DNA from: a virus
Virus record (IMG/VR): IMGVR_UViG_3300045988_097997
Direction: 5' to 3' (one strand)
Length of the DNA stretch: 48,550 bases
Below, one piece after another: positions 42,659 to 48,550 of this stretch (its first letter is position 1; the number at the start of each line of letters is the position of its first letter). The translations under genes and the position numbers were made by a program. The notes below the pieces were generated by a model. That model had not been told where the DNA came from and made no database searches. It saw only the letters and a program-made list of their open reading frames with translations.

Positions 42659-42687
42659 TTGCATATTCTGTTCCGTCGTTGTATTAT
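42659..42687 (+). promoter_or_regulatory. Promoter of the second early/accessory operon
   Basis: TTGCAT, then a 17-nt spacer, then TATTAT, followed by the 17-mer CACCAGAAGGAACAAAT (42690..42706), identical to 5252..5268. Confidence 0.6.
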
Positions 42688-42741
42688 AGCACCAGAAGGA
42701 ACAAATCAGATACAAAAGAGAACAAACAGGAGGAAACAGAA

Positions 42742-42942
42742 ATGAGACTTTACATTGAAGGACGCCGCAATGGCTACAGCCCAGATCAATGCGGGCACAC
42801 GATGACGGTCCAGGAATTGATCGAATACCTGGAACAGTTCGACGAAGACACCGAAATCTTCTTAAAGAGCGACGGCGGATACACCTATGGCAACATCGAT
42901 GAAACCAGCTTTGAGGAAAGCGACGAAGAAGACGCAGAGTGA
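42742..42942 (+). CDS. Small, highly acidic protein (66 aa)
   Basis: Trimmed to the ATG after an AGGAGG RBS. First gene after the promoter. C-terminus ...IDETSFEESDEEDAE. Confidence 0.6.
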   Translation: MRLYIEGRRNGYSPDQCGHTMTVQELIEYLEQFDEDTEIFLKSDGGYTYGNIDETSFEESDEEDAE

Positions 42943-43014
42943 CAGGGGCCCGGCCCCTGGTAATGCGGGACCCGAAAGGGTGCGGTCACAACCCCGCGAA
43001 GAGGAGGAAATACC

Positions 43015-44052
43015 ATGAAGTTTATCGCAAAGTTCTGGAGAGCCAACCCCCAGCTGAAAAACGGCGGTTACGAAACCACCAGAAAGATCGAGGCCGAGAC
43101 GATTTCCGCCGCCAAAAAGCTGGCCTACGAGATCGAGAAGAAAGCCGCCTATGGCTCTATGTCCTTGCGGTCCATCGAGGAGGCCGAGGCCCCCGTTGAG
43201 GCCACCACCCAGGAAGCTACCGAGGAAGCTGCACCCACCGCCAAGAAGCTGTACAGCGCAATGGTGAAGGATGGAAAGCGGGTCGTCATCATCCGGGACC
43301 AGGATTACCCCAACAAGGCGGCGTTCATCCATGATCTGAGAGCCAACGGCTACCGGGTCAACCCCAAGAAGGTCAAGCCCTCTGATGTGTTCGACTACAT
43401 CATGGACCACACCGACTGCAACCCCTGGGACTGGGACCTCAAGAAGGTCCCCGAAGAGTCCATTGCAGCCCAGGAAGATGAGGTCGAAGAGACCACCAAG
43501 GAGGCAGACACCATGACGAGACGAATTAAGTTCGCACACATTACGATGCAGGGCGGCCTGGAGGCCGTACTGTCCACCGTCGAACTGGAGCCTGGACTGT
43601 ACGAAACTATGCTGGCATCCCCTGACTTCGATACGGAGTACGCGCAGCTTCGCTCGACAAACGAGGGCACGGCTATCTCGGACTTCAACTTCCTGCGAAA
43701 GAAGTTCCACGTCTCGACTTTGACCGGCAAGTACGCTGATCTGGCAAAGGACCTGGAGGCAGCCGCAGCCTACGGGCTGGAAGTCGCAGCCAACGTAGAA
43801 GACGGCGGCACCTGTAATATGGACGCCGTTGCCCTGGACCTTCGCGGCTGGAGGCGCGACAAGGTGGAGCAAGCGGCCAAGGCCGCCGGAGTTGGCTGTT
43901 TCGTTTGGTCCTTGTATGGTCACAAGCGGCGCTATGTGTTCACGGTCCGCAGCGGCGGTCAGGCGAACCGCAGGACGGCAGCAGCCGAGGCCATGCGTGA
44001 GGCTCTGAAACTCTCCGGCTACGATGCCGGGATGTATTACCAAATGGATTGA
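43015..44052 (+). CDS. Hypothetical multi-domain protein (ICE/plasmid-like accessory protein)
   Basis: 345-aa ORF with a good RBS. Its domains are not confidently assignable by eye. Confidence 0.6.
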   Translation: MKFIAKFWRANPQLKNGGYETTRKIEAETISAAKKLAYEIEKKAAYGSMSLRSIEEAEAPVEATTQEATEEAAPTAKKLYSAMVKDGKRVVIIRDQDYPNKAAFIHDLRANGYRVNPKKVKPSDVFDYIMDHTDCNPWDWDLKKVPEESIAAQEDEVEETTKEADTMTRRIKFAHITMQGGLEAVLSTVELEPGLYETMLASPDFDTEYAQLRSTNEGTAISDFNFLRKKFHVSTLTGKYADLAKDLEAAAAYGLEVAANVEDGGTCNMDAVALDLRGWRRDKVEQAAKAAGVGCFVWSLYGHKRRYVFTVRSGGQANRRTAAAEAMREALKLSGYDAGMYYQMD

Positions 44053-44075
44053 CAAACCGAAACGGAGGAATTGAC

Positions 44076-44981
44076 ATGAGATACTACGAGATCAACGAGG
44101 ATATGGCCCGCCGTGCCAAGGAAATGATGAGCTTTTCCGATTACATACCTGGAAGCAAGACCGCTGAGTACAAGCGGATGGTCGATGGGGCTGTCGAGCT
44201 GGGGGAGCGCGAGAAGAAGCGCGTAGACCCCATGTATCATGAGAAGATTGACCGGCTGGTGGACAGCTATTCCCGCCGGTTGGCTGACAACCTCAACGAC
44301 GCAAGTCGAATCGGAACTATGTGCCCGTCCGTGATGATCTCCGGCGGCTCCAACTTCCCGGTCCGCAAGAAGGAAAAGCAGAACGCCGCCAGCGACCGCA
44401 ACATGCAGGAGTACATGGAAATTCAGGGCATCCTGGACAAGATTAAAAGCGTGGGCAAGGGCGGCATAAGCTCTGACGATCCCCAGGCTATTGAGAAGCT
44501 ACAGGTCAAGTTGGACAAGTTGGTAAAGCACCAGGAAATGATGAAAGCGGCCAACGCAGCCATCCGCATGAAGGACCCTGAGAAGGGCAATGCAAAGCTG
44601 GCTGAGATGGGCTACACCCCGGATGAGATCAAGCAGCTCCGTGAACCTGATTTTTGCGGGCGCATCGGCTACCCTTCCTATCTGCTGTCGAATAACAACG
44701 CGAACATCAAGCGTATCCGCGACAGAATCACCGCTCTTGAGAAGAAGAAGGTTGAACCTGCTCCGGAAGGATGGGACTTCGAGGGAGGCTCCGTAATTGC
44801 GAACACCGAAGCAAACCGTCTCCAAATCCTCTTTGACGAAAAGCCCGACGAGGCCACCCGTGCCACGCTGAAACAGAACGGTTTCCGCTGGTCTCCCCGC
44901 AACGAAGCATGGCAGCGCCAGCTCACCCCTAACGCAGAAAGCGCCGCCCGCCGACTCTTCGGCACGAATACCAAGCTGTAA
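44076..44981 (+). CDS. DUF3560 domain-containing protein
   Basis: C-terminal RLQILFDEKPDEATRATLKQNGFRWSPRNEAWQRQLTPNA is the DUF3560 signature. Trimmed to the ATG after a GGAGG RBS. Confidence 0.7.
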   Translation: MRYYEINEDMARRAKEMMSFSDYIPGSKTAEYKRMVDGAVELGEREKKRVDPMYHEKIDRLVDSYSRRLADNLNDASRIGTMCPSVMISGGSNFPVRKKEKQNAASDRNMQEYMEIQGILDKIKSVGKGGISSDDPQAIEKLQVKLDKLVKHQEMMKAANAAIRMKDPEKGNAKLAEMGYTPDEIKQLREPDFCGRIGYPSYLLSNNNANIKRIRDRITALEKKKVEPAPEGWDFEGGSVIANTEANRLQILFDEKPDEATRATLKQNGFRWSPRNEAWQRQLTPNAESAARRLFGTNTKL

Positions 44982-45031
44982 TCACAATGACATGCCTGTC
45001 CTACCGGGCCAACGGGGAGAAAGGGAACATC

Positions 45032-45262
45032 ATGAACGCAGTACAGAAGATCAAGGCCCGCCACGAGGCGCGTGAGTGGGCAGACATCGAGGGCATTTGG
45101 CGGAGCATCCAGCCCGCCCTAAAAGCCAACGTGGAACGCCGCCGGGAGGCGGAGGCCCGCAGAGCCGGGATCTCCACGCAGCAGCAGGCAGTGGAAAATG
45201 CCCGCACGGAGCTGGTCAACCTGGCCCTGTGCCGCGCCGGACTTCCGTTCCAGGTGCTGTGA
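45032..45262 (+). CDS. Hypothetical protein
   Basis: 76-aa helical ORF, trimmed to an internal ATG with an upstream G-rich RBS. Confidence 0.45.
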   Translation: MNAVQKIKARHEAREWADIEGIWRSIQPALKANVERRREAEARRAGISTQQQAVENARTELVNLALCRAGLPFQVL

Positions 45263-45402
45263 TGGGGCCGGTATATCGCCTCTGCCGCCGTTGTGGGGAG
45301 CGGTGGAACGTGAGCTGCATCTACCCCGGTGAGAAAACTTACATATGCCCCCTCTGCGCCTGGAAAGCGCGGCAGGCGGTGAGAAAGGAGCGAACAGCAT
45401 GA
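45262..45402 (+). CDS. Small zinc-ribbon protein (46 aa)
   Basis: CRRC...17 aa...CPLC, with start/stop overlaps on both neighbours. Confidence 0.4.
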   Translation: MGPVYRLCRRCGERWNVSCIYPGEKTYICPLCAWKARQAVRKERTA

Positions 45403-45701
45403 AGATACCGGAAACAATGAGCGTGTGGGAGGGTTGGAACAGATGGACAACCACACCTGCAATGTACGAAGCCCTGGCGGAGGAATGCACTGAGCTGGCT
45501 CAGGCCGCGCTGAAAATGGCGCGAGTGCTGAGGGCAGAAAATCCAACGCCGGTTTCCCAACAGGAGGCTTTCGAGATGGTCCGTGAAGAGCTTACGGACG
45601 TAGTTAGCTGCGCTATTGCCCTGGGGCTGGAGGTGGACGACGATCAGTCCGTTAGGAAGTTCCGGCGGATGCAGGAAAGGAGCGAAGGGCATGAGCGTTA
45701 G
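45399..45701 (+). CDS. MazG-like nucleotide pyrophosphohydrolase (tentative)
   Basis: ALAEECTELAQAALKMAR....(about 20 aa)....EELTDVVSCAIALGLEVD resembles the EExxE...ExxD four-helix MazG pattern. Confidence 0.5.
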   Translation: MKIPETMSVWEGWNRWTTTPAMYEALAEECTELAQAALKMARVLRAENPTPVSQQEAFEMVREELTDVVSCAIALGLEVDDDQSVRKFRRMQERSEGHER

Positions 45702-46080
45702 AGTGAACGGCTTCCGCATCCAGACCGAGGGCCATAGGCCCTGGATGTACGCCACGACGCCGGAGGATACCCCGGAGCGTCGAGGCGCGTACCACCACAA
45801 GGACAGGCCGGAAATCCTGGAAGCCTGCCTACACTGCCAGGCGGAAACCTGCAAGACAGGCCACTGCGCCACGCTGCAACGCATGGGAGTCGGCAAAACC
45901 TCCAGAGGCACCAGGGAGATGGCCAAAATCCCGATGCCAAAGGGATTCAAGAGGGCGTTCAAGGGGAAGACGTTGCAAGCCCTAGCGAAGCGCTATGGGG
46001 TCAGCATCAATACTGTGGTCCGCTGGCGCGACGAGGCTGGCCTGACCTCAGTACAAGGGCCAAGGAAGGGGGTGAAGTGA
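45691..46080 (+). CDS. Hypothetical protein with a Cys cluster and a C-terminal HTH
   Basis: CLHCQAETCKTGHC and LQALAKRYGVSINTVVRWRDEAGL. Confidence 0.5.
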   Translation: MSVRVNGFRIQTEGHRPWMYATTPEDTPERRGAYHHKDRPEILEACLHCQAETCKTGHCATLQRMGVGKTSRGTREMAKIPMPKGFKRAFKGKTLQALAKRYGVSINTVVRWRDEAGLTSVQGPRKGVK

Positions 46081-46289
46081 TGCCCAAGCAAAGCACTCCC
46101 ACGCCCGACAAGCGGACGCAGGGCCGCCCGTACTACGTTGGCATTGCCCTGGATGCGGAAGAGTTCGAGTTCATCCTGAACATAACAGCAAAGCTGGGAA
46201 TGAACCGAGCGCAATACATACGCTATCTTCTCCATCGCGAGAAGGAAAACGAATTACTTAACGAAGTCGGCCTTGGCTATTTCGTGTGA
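46077..46289 (+). CDS. Ribbon-helix-helix-like small DNA-binding protein
   Basis: GRPYYVGIALDAEEFEFILNITAKLGMNRAQYIRYLL resembles an RHH/MobC-like fold pattern. Confidence 0.45.
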   Translation: MMPKQSTPTPDKRTQGRPYYVGIALDAEEFEFILNITAKLGMNRAQYIRYLLHREKENELLNEVGLGYFV

Positions 46290-46308
46290 TCTATCAGGAG
46301 GTACCCCA

Positions 46309-46494
46309 ATGAAAGAGAAAAAGAACCCACCCCAGAAGAAAGCTGCCCATGCCACCGTCAAGGTAAGCAAGAAGAACCCCACCACCAACTATCCCCGCGA
46401 CAGCCATAGAGCGTTCTGCAATCGCTGTTTTTATGGCAACAACCGCCGCTGCCCTATTACCGGGCGCAACAGCACCAAGCGGTGTAGACTGTGA
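46309..46494 (+). CDS. Small basic Cys-containing protein
   Basis: Trimmed to the ATG after an AGGAGG RBS. 61 aa. Confidence 0.4.
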   Translation: MKEKKNPPQKKAAHATVKVSKKNPTTNYPRDSHRAFCNRCFYGNNRRCPITGRNSTKRCRL

Positions 46495-46501
46495 GGGCGG
46501 C

Positions 46502-46912
46502 ATGGAGTCCAAACGAATCAGCAAGCGCGATTATTACCTGTTCATAGCCCGCGCTGTTGCCCGCCGTAGCACCTGCATCCGTCGCCACTATGGCGCTGTG
46601 ATTGTCAAGGACGACAGGATCATTGCTACCGGCTACAACGGTGCGGCCAGAGGCGAACCGAACTGCTGTGATGTAGGGGAGTGCTGGAGAGCTGCCCACA
46701 ACATCCCCCATGGGGAACAGTACGAGAAGTGCGTGGCAGTCCACGCCGAGGACAATGCCATTTCCCAGGCTGGCCGGGAGGCCCTGGGCGCGACCCTCTA
46801 CCTGTGGGGAGAAGATGCCCAAGGAAACGAGATCCCCGCCGCCCCCTGCATGATGTGTGCCCGGAAGATCAAGAACGCCGGGATTGTGGAGGTCGTAAGC
46901 TATGGACATTAG
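46502..46912 (+). CDS. Deoxycytidylate (dCMP) deaminase
   Basis: AVHAEDNAI (HAE zinc ligand/catalytic Glu) and PCMMCARKI (PCxxC), with a ComEB/CDA-like size. Confidence 0.85.
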   Translation: MESKRISKRDYYLFIARAVARRSTCIRRHYGAVIVKDDRIIATGYNGAARGEPNCCDVGECWRAAHNIPHGEQYEKCVAVHAEDNAISQAGREALGATLYLWGEDAQGNEIPAAPCMMCARKIKNAGIVEVVSYGH

Positions 46913-47264
46913 AAAGCTGTCCGAGCCTGAACTGAAAGCGCTGGCCCTGCGCAAGAACGCGCAGGGCTGCGCCACAGCTGCCGCGCTCAAGGCCCAGGCT
47001 ATTCTCTATGAGCGCCTGCACTGGCCTAGCTATAACGAGCTGCTGTCCAGGGGGATGGACCGCGATGGGAACCATTACACTTCACTTGCGCCCAGCTCAG
47101 TGAGTTGGAAGATGCAGCAATCGTCGGTGGGGTCGATGGCTATCACAGACTGCTGGAGGACTACACTGGGATCAAGGCCGTTAGACATGATGTGTATCTG
47201 TATTACGATGCCGAGGGTAGATATGTCGGAGACAGCGACAATACCCCGTTGGCCTGGATGCTAA
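46902..47264 (+). CDS. Hypothetical protein; the 3' third looks out of frame
   Basis: The first 55 aa or so look protein-like. The tail (…WKMQQSSVGSMAITDCWRTTLGSRPLDMMCICITMPRV…) looks like an alternative-frame read of 47105..47299. Confidence 0.35.
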   Translation: MDIRKLSEPELKALALRKNAQGCATAAALKAQAILYERLHWPSYNELLSRGMDRDGNHYTSLAPSSVSWKMQQSSVGSMAITDCWRTTLGSRPLDMMCICITMPRVDMSETATIPRWPGC

Positions 47265-47299
47265 AGAGGGCTGGCGTGGAGACTACGGAGGCAGAATGA
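47105..47299 (+). CDS. Hypothetical protein (TTG start, or the C-terminal part of a frameshifted gene beginning at 46902)
   Basis: Protein-like sequence (VGGVDGYHRLLEDYTGIKAVRHDVYLYYDAEGRYVGDSD). The frame is open upstream to 47036 but has no ATG or GTG there. Confidence 0.4.
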   Translation: MEDAAIVGGVDGYHRLLEDYTGIKAVRHDVYLYYDAEGRYVGDSDNTPLAWMLKRAGVETTEAE

Positions 47300-47553
47300 T
47301 GGATAACAAACAAGCTGTCGCCTGGTTTCAGAATCGCCTGAAAGCTGGGATATTACCAGGTGCTAGAGCCGCGTTCGAGACGGCCTTGGCTGCCCTGGAA
47401 GCCGCTGGCGATGTAAAAATCGTTCGGTGCCAAGATTGCGAGTGGTCTAACTGCTATGATGCCGTACTTGGTAGAATCGAGTGTACCCGTTTTCTTGGGT
47501 CCATGCAGGTCCGCGAGGATGATTTTTGTAGTTATGCAGTGCCCAAGAAGTAA
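47296..47553 (+). CDS. Hypothetical phage protein (Cys-containing)
   Basis: VRCQDCEW...C......FCSY pattern, common in small Firmicutes-phage ORFs. ATGA overlap upstream. Confidence 0.55.
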   Translation: MMDNKQAVAWFQNRLKAGILPGARAAFETALAALEAAGDVKIVRCQDCEWSNCYDAVLGRIECTRFLGSMQVREDDFCSYAVPKK

Positions 47554-47571
47554 GAAGGGAGAATCAGAAAG

Positions 47572-47937
47572 ATGAAAGACCTGACCTACTTGGAGAAGTA
47601 CCGGGACACGCAAACCGAGCGTGATTACTATCACCGCCGGGGCGATTCCGGCAATGGTGCTTTCAAAGTGTACATCAACGGAAGATCGTTCTTCTGTATC
47701 GCCAGTAACGGCGGAGGATGGGAGTACGTCAGCGTGTCCCCCTGCAACCGCAAACGGGCGACACCGCCCACCTGGGCTGAAATGTGCGAGATCAAGCACA
47801 TTTTCTTTGAGGACGAAGAGACCGTGGTGCAGTTCCATCCACCGCGCAGCGAGTATGTGAACATCCATCCGTACTGCCTGCACCTGTGGCGGCCAACGTC
47901 GCAGGAAATGCCAAGGCCGCCGAAGAAGTTTGTTTGA
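47572..47937 (+). CDS. Conserved phage protein of unknown function
   Basis: GNGAF.V.INGRSFFCIASNGGGWEYVSVS......PTW.EMCEIK..FF.DEETVVQFHPP.SEYVN.HPYCLHLWRP is a widespread phage motif set. Confidence 0.6.
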   Translation: MKDLTYLEKYRDTQTERDYYHRRGDSGNGAFKVYINGRSFFCIASNGGGWEYVSVSPCNRKRATPPTWAEMCEIKHIFFEDEETVVQFHPPRSEYVNIHPYCLHLWRPTSQEMPRPPKKFV

Positions 47938-47950
47938 TAGGAGGGATAAT

Positions 47951-48268
47951 ATGGCTGAGTACATAGATCGGGAAGCGGCAATCAAGGAAGCTGAAAAATA
48001 CGGATTATCCTGCGGTAGCGTAATTGGCCGACATTCTGGTATTGCAGACTGCATTGCATCGGATATTTCTAGGATACCCGCCGCCGACGTTGTTCCGGTG
48101 GTGCATGGGCACTGGAAAAAAGACCGGGATACGATCAAATGCACGGTCTGCGGCTTCGGGATGTTTCCGAATCGGTACACGTTCATGAATGGCGTCTGTG
48201 TGACGGACAATGAACTGCCGAACTACTGTGAAAACTGCGGGGCGAAAATGAGGTATGGCGATGGATGA
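47951..48268 (+). CDS. Hypothetical phage protein with a C-terminal zinc-ribbon
   Basis: Trimmed to ATG 47951 (AEYIDREAA...). Cys pairs CTVCG...CENCG. Confidence 0.55.
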   Translation: MAEYIDREAAIKEAEKYGLSCGSVIGRHSGIADCIASDISRIPAADVVPVVHGHWKKDRDTIKCTVCGFGMFPNRYTFMNGVCVTDNELPNYCENCGAKMRYGDG

Positions 48269-48455
48269 GCTGAAAACGTGCCCGTTCTGCGGCGGAGATG
48301 CAGCCATAGGACAAGCTGCTATAGGCAGCAAGAAATACCACGTTTGGTGGGTGCGATGCAAGCGGTGTGGTGCTACTACGGCGTCGCACGGCTCTGAGGG
48401 AGGCGAAGAAAACGCCGTAAAGGCGTGGAACAGGAGGACGTATGACAAAAACTGA
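48255..48455 (+). CDS. Lar-family restriction alleviation protein (tentative)
   Basis: LKTCPFCGG.A......(about 17 aa)...V.C..CGA.........E.AVKAWNRR matches the Lar_restr_allev pattern. Confidence 0.6.
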   Translation: MAMDELKTCPFCGGDAAIGQAAIGSKKYHVWWVRCKRCGATTASHGSEGGEENAVKAWNRRTYDKN

Positions 48456-48550
48456 ACAATGGAGGCCCATCCCCGGCTACGGGGACTGGTATGAGCTGTC
48501 CAGGCATGGAGAGATCCGTTCCTGGTGTGTTACTGGCCCTAGAAAAAAGC
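48442..48550 (+). CDS. HNH homing-endonuclease-like protein, 5' part (continues at position 100 after removing the duplicated 99 nt)
   Basis: ATG 48442 overlaps the Lar-like stop and encodes MTKTEQWRPIPGYGDWYELSRHGEIRSW... Confidence 0.8.
   Translation, partial: MTKTEQWRPIPGYGDWYELSRHGEIRSWCVTGPRKK
48452..48550. repeat. Terminal direct repeat, copy 2 (identical to 1..99)
   Basis: Exact 99-nt identity with the window start. Confidence 0.97.

Overview
The window is a complete, circularly closed temperate phage or excised-prophage genome. The first 99 nt (1..99) are identical to the last 99 nt (48452..48550), leaving 48,451 bp of unique sequence. An HNH endonuclease ORF runs across that junction. 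Almost all genes are on the + strand. The exception is a minus-strand lysogeny block at 2214..5160: a large serine integrase, a membrane-anchored protein and two XRE-like repressors.

Gene order:
- Junction to 1.4 kb: HNH endonuclease, a DUF6378-like protein and small ORFs, ending in a terminator.
- 1.77-2.18 kb: a 3' fragment of exodeoxyribonuclease III with a candidate attP at its 5' edge.
- 2.2-5.2 kb: the lysogeny block.
- 5.2-11.6 kb: early rightward operon with Xis/Cro-like HTH, YqaJ exonuclease, DUF1351, RecT, replisome organizer, helicase-loader-like protein, RusA and a sigma-like late regulator.
- 11.7-12.3 kb: HicAB toxin-antitoxin pair.
- 12.5-14.1 kb: a displaced gpZ-like gene, a 2-TM protein, tRNA-Met(CAT) and about 400 nt of ORF-free sequence with predicted hairpins.
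- 14.1-16.8 kb: a translationally coupled cassette of ParB-N-domain protein, GT-A-like protein and radical SAM/SPASM-like protein.
- 16.8-24 kb: lambda-like packaging and head module (Nu1-like TerS, GpA TerL, gpW, portal, ClpP-type protease/scaffold, decoration protein, gpE-type capsid).
- 24-34.7 kb: contractile-tail and baseplate module (sheath, tube, G/GT chaperone with a -1 frameshift, tape measure, LysM/X, D, V, W, J, I, collar fibre).
- 34.7-38.4 kb: a diversity-generating retroelement (DGR) targeting the C-terminus of the 716-aa tail fibre.
- 38.8-40.8 kb: lysis cassette.
- 40.9-42.5 kb: two extra fibre-like genes.
- 42.7 kb to the junction: a second early or accessory operon (DUF3560, MazG-like, dCMP deaminase, Lar-like and others).

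The leads I rank highest:
- The ParB/GT-A/rSAM cassette directly upstream of terS, a candidate uncharacterised DNA or virion modification module.
- The Avd-less DGR, whose reverse transcriptase reads YMDN where YMDD is expected.
- The ORF-free stretch downstream of the tRNA, which could be an ncRNA or the cos region.

All family assignments come from motif recognition by eye. No database search, covariance model or fold prediction was run.
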